Shown here: piece after piece, positions 13,271 through 25,603 of the stretch
How positions within the stretch are numbered: position 1 is the first letter of the stretch
Layout of the letters: each line of letters begins with the position of its first letter
Assembly: GCF_001194135.2 (NCBI RefSeq)
Contig: NC_068994.1
Coordinates: forward strand, 16,930,416-16,994,415
Length of the DNA stretch: 64,000 nt
Reading direction: 5' to 3'
DNA from: Octopus bimaculoides
Taxonomy: Eukaryota
Position numbers and translations under genes: made by a program
The notes under the pieces: generated by a model
The model's input: the letters and a program-made list of their open reading frames with translations, nothing else
Told to the model about the DNA's origin: nothing
The model's database searches: none

Positions 13271-14561
13271 TATGTGTGTGTGTGTGTCTTTGTGTATGTG
13301 TTTGTTCCCCACCACTGGTTGATAAACAATGTTGGTGTGTTTACATCCTTGTTAACTTAGCCATTTGGCAAAAGAGCCCGATAAAATAAGTATCAAGCTT
13401 TACAAAAAAATTAATAGGTATTGGGGGTCGATAAAATTCTTCGAGGCAGTGCCCCAGTATGCCCACAGTCTAATGACTGACACAAGTAAAAGATAAAAAA
13501 ATAATAACTACTGTTTCATCAACATTTCAGCATTTCATGATAAGTTCCAAAGTTCAATGAGTATATTTGACAACGATAAGCTTTGTATGAATGTACTTCT
13601 ACTCACGTCTCCCGGTAGAGGGCTGGAAGCTATGAATGAACATGTCTATACTACATTCAAGAAATCTCAAGAACTTGCACAGATAAATTACAAATTTGAT
13701 GCTGATTCAGAGGTATATTTTAAAGAATTTTATTTATTGATTTTCCTTGACTATCCTAACCACAATCTTAATTAAGATTTTTTTCCTTTTACATGAGGAC
13801 ATGAGACTTTTTTGTCTTTCTTGGATTTTTTCCATAAAAATATAAGCCATCCCCCGAAAATAAGCCGTAGTGCATTTTTTGGATGCAAAATTAATATAAG
13901 GCCGGGTCTTATTTTCAGGGAACGCAGTAGTAACACAGATAGTGATAGCTCATCACGATAATGACAGTATTTTAAGGAAAGTATTTAGCTTTTAGTTTAT
14001 ATTCACATTTTGATTATGGCAGTATTTATATATTGTTCCTAGTAGTTATTTATTTATTCAATGTTTGTATTAAATAATTGAAGTAGTAGCATTTCCAGTA
14101 TGAAGGTATTACATTTCATCTTTCCATACTGAAGGTTGATGGTAGTAATTACACAGAACAACCTGCCAGTTGTATTGAATATTTAATATATTGTCACTGT
14201 CATAGGAAAATACCACATTTTTATAACGATTTCAACTCTTTGTTATTTATCTCTTAGCTTGGACAGTTAGCTTACTTCCAGCCATGCTTTCTGTATATGG
14301 TGATGTAACAGATTAGGAAAACATGGGCAGACACTGAGTTCTTATGAATAATGCATGCACTTAGTATTTAGGCTTAAAAAATCTGGAAAACTTATTGCAG
14401 GCATCACTGTGTGGTAAAAAGCTTGCTTCTTAACTGCATGGTTTTAGGTTCAGTCTCACCTATGGCAAGTGTCTTCTACTATAGTCTTGGGCCAACCAAA
14501 GCCTTACAAGTGGCTTTGGTAGACAGAAACTGGAAGAAACCTGTCGGGTATATACATATAT

Positions 14562-14611
<50 letters not shown>

Positions 14612-14671
14612 GCGCGCGCACACATGCATACNNNNNNNNNNACACGCGCGCGCACACATGCATACACACAC

Positions 14672-14708
<37 letters not shown>

Positions 14709-17700
14709 CATATATCGTCGGTAGAACATAAAACCAAAAAAGCATACTCTAAGTTACAGAGCAGTATATAATATAAAAGTTAGAATAGGCCAGTCAATGA
14801 GATTACCTTTGGGTTTTGGGATCTGATGATATGCCACAAAGCTAAGCGCTTTGTGGATGTGAAACCAAAGGTAATCCTATTAACTACCCTATTCTAACTT
14901 TTATAATATATATATATATATATATCAATATGTGTGTCTTTGTATCTGTGTTTGTCTCTCACCACCACTTGACAACTAGTGTTGATGTGTATTTTAGCTG
15001 TTCAGTAAAGGGGACTGATAGAATAAGTGCCAGGCTTCGCAAAAAATAAAAAATAAAAAAATGCTGTTGATTTATTCGACTAGAAATAGTAATAAAGACC
15101 AACAGGACCCATGAAATTTCCATGAAAATTATTGAAGTGGAATAATAGAGATAGTTTAATGGCCCTGGACCAACAAGTTGAGCTGTTGTAAGATAAAATT
15201 GTTTATCTTCATCATTTCCTGTGCTTTCATGGGTCAAATGGAATTTGTTGAGGCAAATTTTTCTATTGCTGGATGCTTTTCCTTTTGCCAACCCTCAACT
15301 GTTTCCAGGCAAGTTAATATTTTTCTGAGCTAGAAATGCTTTTCATGGAAGACTGGAAATGAATAAAAACCTGGCTTGTGTAATTAGAGATGCTCATTTA
15401 CAACCATCATGTGATGTTTAGACAAAGGTATACATGTGCGCATGCATGCACACAAACACACACACACACACACATTTTAAACTCATGCAAGCACATACAG
15501 ATATACACAATGGACTTCTTTCAGTTTCCCTCTACCAAATCCACTCACAAACCTTTGATTTATCTGGTGCTATAGTAGAAGATATTCACTCAAGGTGCCA
15601 TGCAGTGGGATTGAACACAAGATCACATGGTTGGGAAGCAAGCCTCTTAATCACACAACCCTAACCCTAACCCACCATCTCCACACAGCTACACCTACAC
15701 CCCCAAATAGACACACCACATATATATACACCTTCACATATCATCTAATTTTACTTATTTTAATTTTATAGCAGGGCCTTGGATGGGAAATTTCAAAGAG
15801 ATTCCCATTTGACCAATTTTCTGCTTGTTGCCTATGTACCAGTTATGATGAGAAATGGCTACTAATGGCTGCTGAAGATGGATCCATCCATGCTTTTCTA
15901 GCTGTAGATCTGGTAAATCATTCAGACCGTTTTACTATTTTTCTTCTTCTATATCTCAATTTGTGAACAATAGCATTGCTGGTTACATTAGACTAATCAA
16001 GAGTTCGTTACATTTCTGGTAGTTATTGTGATAAGGGATTGTCTATAATTTGGCGCAAAGGACCTGGTATGAAGAATACTGGGTTTTTAGGTTTTTGTTG
16101 GTGTTTAAATCCTTCACCAATGCCCATGGTTGAAATACATACAAACATACATACATACAAACATACATACAAACATACATACACACATACATACATACAT
16201 ACATACATACATACATAAAAAAACCTTCCATTAGTTTATCATTTAAGTATATATAAGCATGTCTAAATATGCAAATATATGCATGAAAAGACATACATAA
16301 AACAAAACATACCAATCTGCACATACACACACGCATATTCACAGACACAGACACAGACACATGCATACACACACACACATACACACATACATACATACAT
16401 ACATACATACATACATACATAGGTACGTAGGAGAATAATGTACAAACACACGTACACAGTAAAAGGTGTAAGTGAAGAAGTATTAAAATATATAGGTAAA
16501 AATCATCATCATCATCATTTAACATCTATTGTCCATGCTGGCATGGGTTGAACGGATTAACCAGGGCTGGTAAGCTGAGGGGTTACACCAAACTCCAGTC
16601 TGATTTGACATGGTTTCTATGGCTTCCCAATGCCAATCACTTTACAGAGTATGCTGGGTGCTTTTATGTGGAACTGCACAAGCATGTTTACATGGCACTG
16701 GCATGAGTGCTTTTTATGTGGCACTGGTACAGGACTCTGGCAGGCCAACACTCTTCACCAGAGGGAGCAGCATTAACACTTCTACTGTGGAGTATGGGTC
16801 TTCTTGAGACATATATGTAAAATAATATATATACATAAAGATACATCTGCATCTGAACACTCGCACAAATATATATATGTACATACTTATTAATACACAT
16901 AAAATACACGTCAACCTTCCTTCATTGGACACTAAACTCAGCTTGCAAGTGAGATCAAAACTGTTGGGGCAAGTGAGATCAAAACTGAACCAAATTTGAT
17001 GACTGGCACCTGTGCCAGTGGAGTGCTAACAGCACCATCGAGCAGGATCACTGCCAGAGCAGCGGTCTTGCTTCCATGCCTGTGGCGCATAAAAAGCGCC
17101 ATTTGAGTGCGATTGTTTCCAGCTTTGCTTTACTGGCACTTGTGCCGGTGGCATGTGAACAAAACATTGGACTGACTCCTGTGCAGGTGGCACGTAAAAA
17201 AACACCATTTGAGCATGGCCGTTGCCAGTACTGCCGGTCATGTAAAAAGCACCCACTATACTCTTGGAGTGGTTGGCGTTAGGAAGGGCATCCAGCTGTA
17301 GAAACTCTGCCAGATCAGATTGGAGTCTGGTGTAGCCATCTGGTTCGCCAGTTCCCAGTCAAATCGTCCAACCCCTGCTAGCATGGAAAGCGGACGTTAA
17401 ATGATGATGATGATGATGATATATGAAAACATATATACAAATGTGCATATATGTATATGCACACACATGTCCAAATATATAAACACATGCAAAACAACAT
17501 ATAAATATGTGGTGGTGGTGGTAATGGTGGTGGTAGTGGTGGTGGTGATAGTTTGAATTTTGTTTTTGAATTTTCTTTTAATTTCAACAGAGTAAAATTC
17601 AACTCAGCTCAATCACACATAACTATCACAACAGAGGTGTGAAGACCATCGTTCTATCATGGGATTGTCAGTTCCTTTTGGTCACCGCGTATGATGGCAC

Positions 17701-20032
17701 TGCTTCTTGCTATAAAATCAATCATGAACATAAACTTTTGACCAAAATTCAGAGCCGTGTTTCAAAGGAATGGTATCAAATGACCATCAACCAGAAACCT
17801 TACCTTGCTAAAAAAGAGAGCAAAGCATGCATGAAACTACATAGTATTGGATTACCATCTCAAGAGGCAGGAGTGAGTTTTTAATCATTTATTCTATGAT
17901 GTATTCTTCTTTCTTGCCTTTAACCCTCCAACACGGAGTATAGGCCACTTATAATTGAATTCCATGTCGCATAATTTCTCGTTTCTGTACATATAATCTG
18001 CCATGAATGTCCCCCTTTCTCTAGTTCCTTTTGTGTTGATCTACACCACAAGTTCTTAGGCCAACCCCCTTCTATATCCATCCGGATTCCACTGTAAAGC
18101 ACTTTTTGCTGCATTTGGTGTGTCCTTTCTAACTGTGCTACCAATCCACTTCCACTTTTTCGTAAATATTTTCTCCCTAATTGAAACTGGATTCGTTCTT
18201 TGCCATAGCTCCATATTGCTTATGTGTTTGGGCCATCTGATTTTAAGTATACTATGCAAGCACCTGTTGATGAATGATTGTATTTGCTTATTTGACTTAA
18301 CTGCTGTTCACCATGTCTCAGCCCCATACAGTAACACCGCTTTTACGTTAGTGTTAAAAATGGATTTTCAAATCGATTACGAAAACACTGATAGTTGACA
18401 GGTCTATGATGTATATGTAGCTTAAAATAAATTTTATTCAATTATGAATCACAAAGTCTGCAAACTATTTCTGAGTGCAAGCTCATTGTGCTCAAACCCT
18501 GAGTAATGTGCACAGTAATACCTCACATTACAAAGGCCCACTTTATGAGACCCTGGGTTTATAAGTTTTATTTTATAATAAATATAAAAAGGATAAACAG
18601 CCATTTTGTGTGTGTGGCAATGTTACAACATGTGACAACACTAGTTCTGACATGTCTACACAGCTTCATATAGTGATAGAAGTGGAGGCGCAATGGCCCA
18701 GTGGTTAGGGCAGCAGACTAAACAATGTTTAACAGTGGCATTTGAGCTGCATTTTCATGTCGGGGAAAGAGAGGGAAGTCTGCAGGTGCTAAATCTGGTG
18801 AATAGGCTGGGTGTGGAAGTGATAGCATGTTATTGGTGATAAATTCACAAGTGAGGTGAGCTTGGTGACAGGGTGCATTGTCATCATGATGAATTCAACT
18901 CTTTGCGCTCCACAGATCTGGTCACTTTTGCTGAATGTCCTCCCTCAGATACTTCAAAACATCACCGTAGAACTCTTGATTGACAGCCTGGCCCTGGGAG
19001 ATGAATTCTCAATGCACAATACCATATTTCCAGGGGTGGTGCTTGTGGCAGGTCTTCCAGATTGCTCATCATCTCCCAGGGACCTTCTTCTGTTTTTGAA
19101 ACACCTGTGCCACTCTAAATATTGCATACGACCCATTGCCTCATCACCATAAGCTTGCCAAAACATGCTCAATGTTTCTGTAGCAGACTTCCCAGGTTTA
19201 ATGCAAAATTCTACAATGGCTCTTTGTTCCAACTTCCTGTCTATGACAAAATCGCAGTCACTTGGTACACTTCCTCATCAAGGTCACTGCTAGCTGTCAC
19301 TGTGTATGCAACCATGTGCTGCCATCTGTTGGCATGCTACAGAATAATCTGAGAACTTTTTGATACCACCTCATAAGTGAAAGCAAAGCATAGACTCTCT
19401 GAAGTTTGCCCATTCAATGCATTTTCATAAGTTTATCCTAAATGTCCATGCTCCTTTACAGACTTTTTGTTAGTTTTTATTTCATACGTTGTGAGTAATA
19501 TAAAGCTTTCCTTATATACACAGGATACATTTCCCTGGCATCCACGTATCATATAAGATTTATTATCACTTCATTTCAACTTCCTCACTTCTCTGTAAAA
19601 ATTTCTTACATTCAGTTTTTATTTTTCTCTCCCAACATGCAGACCTCAGAAAAGATGCCATTACCAATTACATGGCTGGATACTCAGAGAAAAATAGTAA
19701 GTTTATATATTCAATACAATCTTTTCTACAAAAGGCACAATGCCTGGATTTTGGGGAGAGGGAACTAGTTGATTACATTGAACCCCAGTGTTTCACTGGT
19801 ACTTAATTTATTGACTCTGAAAGGATGATAGTCAAAAGCGACCATGGCAGGATTTGAACTCAGAATGTAAGAACAGATGAATTGCCACTGATCATTTTGC
19901 CTGGCATGCTAATGATTCCACTAGCTTGCCACCTTAATATTCAACATAATAACAATATTTCTATTATCATCACCTTTGTCTTCTTGTCATAGCAACACAG
20001 GCACACACACACATGCACGCACACACACACAC

Positions 20033-20065
<33 letters not shown>

Positions 20066-20322
20066 TGCACACACACACACACACAAATGTGCACACACAC
20101 ACTCACACATATTACAAACACATACACACATATATGCATGTACACATATACATACATGTCTATATACATGATAGGCTTTCAGATGAGTTTCCTTTTACCA
20201 AATTTACTCACAAGGCTTTATTCAGCCAGGGACTATACTAGAAGACACATGTCTTAAGGTGCTATACTGTGGAAATGAGTCTGAAATTATGTGATTGGGA
20301 ATTTCTTAATCACATATCTCTG

Positions 20323-20386
<64 letters not shown>

Positions 20387-21822
20387 TCATCATCGTTTAA
20401 CGTCTGCTTTCCATGCTAGCATGGGTTGGACGATTTGACTGAGGACTGGTAAACCAGATGGCTACACCAGGCTCCAATCTGTACAGTGTGCAGAAACTCC
20501 AATGTTCGTTTTCTTGGAGTCAGAAGTAGAGGTTAATAGTTCTCTTATATTTTTATTCCATCTAAAGGCTACAATAGGTGGCTGAGAAAATATATGTTTG
20601 AAACGAGGATATTTTTCCACAACATGCTGGTAACTTTCATGTAACACTTTTGAAATGCCAGCAAAATTTCGGTGCCAGTTAATCACTAAAGGAATTCTGT
20701 CACATATTGTACTTTGTTTGCTAAAATTATCGACTTTCCTCACTAATCTTAGCTATGTTGTTTGCAATTTCCTTTAATTGTGATTCACTGTAACCACGTT
20801 TGACATAATGGTGTACAAAAGCATTTGCATATTTCCAGTAATCCCCTATATCAGTACAAATCCATTTTATCCTCAAAAATTAGGATTTCAGATTTGACTG
20901 AATCATATGGTGTGGATGATTAGAGCAGTGGTGGGGGTAAATGTGGGATGACGTGGGCTTGCAAAATAACTCTGTCAATTTTCTGCCTCCAGAAAACTTA
21001 ACTTTGTGTCAAAAAAATCCAACGCTTGTTTTTGACAAAGTAGATGTAAATTTTATGTTGGACTTAAAGCCATAGTTATTATTATTATTATTATTATGAT
21101 GATAATGTTATTAAATACAAAGAAATCGTTTTTATTAAGATTTGAAATAAAGAAATCATTAATGTATACATTTTTATTGCCTTCTTTTGTTCTGCAGGCT
21201 CTTGAAGAGAAAGAGAGAGAAATATCAGAAGAGAAACAGAAAATTAAAGATGCAGTTTCTAAGATACGACAAACTGTAAATACTCTAACTCCTTTTTTCT
21301 TTTTATGTAATGATATAACAGTACATTACAAAAATATGGAATAGGTCATGATTTCGTTTTTGCTTTTATTTCTTAACAGTTTTGTCATATTTCAAGATAT
21401 GCTTTATATGTTTATATCATATTTATGACAGACTTCTGTCATAAATAATAGTTAGTTGGGCCATCCTCCCAGAAGCTTCATTGATTTCATGCAAGCATAC
21501 CATCCATCATGGTCCCCCGTGCATGTTCTTAATTTGTCGACATTTGCCATTCCACTGTCCTGAAGCAAGTTGTCCCCATAGGTTACTCTTTTCACTCTTT
21601 TACTTGTTTCAGTCATTTGACTGCGGCCATACTGGAGCACTGCCTTTAGTCGAGCAAATTGACCCCAGGATTTTTTTTTTTGGAAGCCTAGTACTTATTC
21701 TATCGGTCTCTTTTGCTGAACTGCTAAGTTACGGGGACATAAATACACCACCATTGGTTGTCAAGCGATGCTGGTGGGACAAGCACAGACACACATACAT
21801 ACACACACACACATACATATAC

Positions 21823-21882
<60 letters not shown>

Positions 21883-22559
21883 NNNNNNNNNNNNNNNNNN
21901 NNNNNNNNNNNNNNNNNNNNNNNNNNNNNNNNNNNNNNNNNNNNNNNNNNNNNNNNNNNNNNNNNNNNNNNNNNNNNNNNNNNNNNNNNNNNNNNNNNNN
22001 NNNNNNNNNNNNNNNNNNNNNNNNNNNNNNNNNNNNNNNNNNNNNNNNNNNNNNNNNNNNNNNNNNNNNNNNNNNNNNNNNNNNNNNNNNNNNNNNNNNN
22101 NNNNNNNNNNNNNNNNNNNNNNNNNNNNNNNNNNNNNNNNNNNNNNNNNNNNNNNNNNNNNNNNNNNNNNNNNNNNNNNNNNNNNNNNNNNNNNNNNNNN
22201 NNNNNNNNNNNNNNNNNNNNNNNNNNNNNNNNNNNNNNNNNNNNNNNNNNNNNNNNNNNNNNNNNNNNNNNNNNNNNNNNNNNNNNNNNNNNNNNNNNNN
22301 NNNNNNNNNNNNNNNNNNNNNNNNNNNNNNNNNNNNNNNNNNNNNNNNNNNNNNNNNNNNNNNNNNNNNNNNNNNNNNNNNNNNNNNNNNNNNNNNNNNN
22401 NNNNNNNNNNNNNNNNNNNNNNNNNNNNNNNNNNNNNNNNNNNNNNNNNNNNNNNNNNNNNNNNNNNNNNNNNNNNNNNNNNNNNNNNNNNNNNNNNNNN
22501 NNNNNNNNNNNNNNNNNNNNNNNNNNNNNNNNNNNNNNNNNNNNNNNNNNNNNNNNNNN

Positions 22560-22594
<35 letters not shown>

Positions 22595-23967
22595 AAATAT
22601 TTGTGTGTCTGAGTTTGTCCCCCCAACATTGCTTGACAACCGATGCTGGTGTGTTTACGTCCCTGTAACTTAGCGATTCGGCTAAAGAGACTGATAGAAT
22701 AAGTACTAGGCTTACAAAGAATAAGTCCTGGGGTTGATTAGCTCGACTAAAAGGTGATGCTCCAGCATGGCCACAGTCAAATGACTGAAACAAGTAAAAG
22801 AGTAAAGAGAGAGAGTATGTAACATTCTGAGCCCATTCTTAACATTCTTGTGTAGCAGCCATCTATTTGTTTTTCAAGCTTTTTGGTCAGGGTCCAAGTT
22901 TCAGTACCGTATAACTAAACTGACTCTACTATGAAGACAAACATTCTGATAAACATTGCACATGTCTATGTATATGTGTCTTTGTATTTGTGTTTGTCTC
23001 CCCCCCCCTACCACTTGACGACTGAACTTAGCAGTTCAGCAAAAGTGACTGATAGAATAAGTATCAGGCTTAAAAAAAAAGTACCGGAGCTGATTCCTCC
23101 CACTAAATTTCTTCAAGGTGGTGCCCCAGCATGGCCACAGCCTAATGACTGAAATGAATTACGAGATGAAAAGATAAAAGCATTACAGAGTGGTTCAACT
23201 CAAACCTCTGTGCATCTGTGAGGTTTTCAAACAGACTGATTGCATTGAAATGTTTCTTTCAAACGTTGGCTGTGTCCTGTTTTACTTGAAGGTGGGTGTT
23301 TGCTTCTGTTTTTAGGTACAAGATATGCTCAAAGCCAATGACAACCGTCCAGATATTGAGAAGCTGGAGCAATACGAATTTGATTTAGATGTTGAGGAAC
23401 AAGTACGTCTTCAGGCTGATGGCGAAGCAGCCATTCAGAAGGTAAGTCTTTGTTGATGTGTTGTCGTCATTGTCGTCGTCATCATTGTCATCATTGTCAT
23501 CGTCGTCATCCTCCTCCTCCTCCTCCTCCCACTACTACTACTACCACTACTACTACAGCTGCTGCTGCTTCTGTTACTCCCACTTCTTCCTCTGCCTCCT
23601 CCTTTTCCACCACTATCACCACCACCACTACCACCACCACCACCACCACCACCACCGCCGCTGCTGCCGCCACCACCACCACCACATCTTACTCCTCCTC
23701 CCTCTTCCTTGCTGCTACTGGCACCGCCGCTGCTACCGCCACCACCTATGATGATGAAGATGATGATGATGATGATGATGACAATGTTGATAATGATGTT
23801 GATAACAATGACGACAACGGCGACGACGACGATGATGATGATGATGAGGATGATGATGATGACAAAGACGATGACGACAACGACGACGATGACGACGATT
23901 ATAAGGATGATGATGACGATGATGACAATGATGATGATGACAATGTTGATGATGATGATGACAATGT

Positions 23968-23998
<31 letters not shown>

Positions 23999-25559
23999 AA
24001 CAATGACAACAATGACGATGACAACAACTACAATGTCAATGATGATATTGAACGAGGAAGAGGAAAAACATTGAAACAATACAATAATAGATTGCTTTAT
24101 TTCTTTTCTAGATATATGAAAACACTGAATATGAAAATCTGACTAAATTGTTTGTCAAAGAGAAAATCAAAGAAGAATGCTATGACAATATGTTTGTCAA
24201 GGGCCGATCCCTAAAGGTAATATCCTTGTCTAAATTTCCAATCTTTATTAACAAAAGTTACAGTTAGCAGGGTGGAGGCGCAATGGCCTAGTGGTTAGGG
24301 CATCGGACTCGCAGTCATAAGATCGCGGTTTCGATTCCCAGACTGGGCGTTGTGAGTGTTTATTGAGCGAAAACACCTAAAAGCTCCACGAGGCTCCGGC
24401 AGGGGATGGTGGCGAACCCTGCTGTACTCTTTCACCACAACTTTCTCTCACTCTTACTTCCTGTTTCTGTTGTGCCTGTAGTTCAAAGGGTCAGCCTTGT
24501 CACACTGTGTCACACTGAATATCCCCGAGAACTATGTTGAGGGTACACGTGTCTGTGGAGTGCTCAGCCACTTGCACGTTAACTTCACAAGCAGGCTGTT
24601 CCGTTGATCGGATCAACTGGAACCTTCGATGTCGTAAGCGACGGAGTGCCAACAGTTAGCAGAACTGGACAATAGTCAGTACATTGTGTCTGTGGTCAAG
24701 ACATTCAATCCTGAAATGGTACTGACCACAAAATAGTGGCATTAAATTTTATATCTTAAATAGACCATTGCTACTTGGAACGAGACACTCTCTAACAAGC
24801 TGAATTGAATTCTTTTGGGTACATAATAAACACTCATTACCAACATGTATGTATGTATGTATGTCCTGAGTACAGCTGATATCTTGAGTATTGAGGCAAC
24901 GGTGCACAAGCACCGGTTACGTTGGACTGGACACCTTATTAGAATGAAGGATAGCAGGATCCCTAAGCAGATGCTATATGGAGAACTTGTGAATGGAAGG
25001 AGACTCCGGCAGAAACCAGGCTGCAATTTAAGGACTGTGTCAAGTCCTCATTGAAGGCCTGTGATATGCAGGACACTGACTGGGAGATCAATGCCTGTCA
25101 TTGCCACGGATGGAGGAAGCAGGTTAAGGAGGGGATTGACACTCTTGAGAGAGCACGTATCCAGCATGAAGAACTTAAACGAGCTGTGCGAAAGCGCATG
25201 GCTCGTATAGTGAATGGGGAAAGCTTGGTCTGCAATGTTTGCAGTCGTGTATGCTTGTCAAGAGCAGGGCTCATTAGCCACCAACGGAGCCGCAAATGCA
25301 AAATATAAGTTAGTCCTAGAGCGCACAATGTTCCTGAAGGTCGGCAATGGTCTTCCTCGGTCACGAGTGGACAGCCATCATTGTGTATGTATGTATGCAT
25401 GTATGTATGTATTTATGTATGCATGTATGTATGTATTTATTTATGTATGTATGTATGTATGTATGTATGTATGTGTGTAACCATACATGTGTGTACCTAT
25501 ACCTGCCCATGTTCAAACCATCCAATCCAACCCAACATAGAAAAGGAGACATTAAATGA

Positions 25560-25603
<44 letters not shown>

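Noticed and set aside
15657-15680. (CCCTAA)n telomere-like repeat
   Set aside because: Only about three units; insufficient for an interstitial telomeric site.
21481-22793. Long ORFs of 280-370 aa (also at 29.4-31.0, 57.1-57.9 and 60.6-61.8 kb)
   Set aside because: They consist of X from N-gaps plus (TA)n-derived YI repeats.
23435-24142. 214-230 aa poly-Thr/Asp/Ile/Gly ORFs
   Set aside because: Translations of a trinucleotide microsatellite; out of frame with the CFAP43 exons, and intron read-through stops at TGA 23454-56.
24273-24345. tRNA genes at SINE heads (families BC, E, F) and at 47484-47555
   Set aside because: A/B boxes are present but the cloverleafs are incomplete and continue into repeat bodies; these are not tRNA genes.
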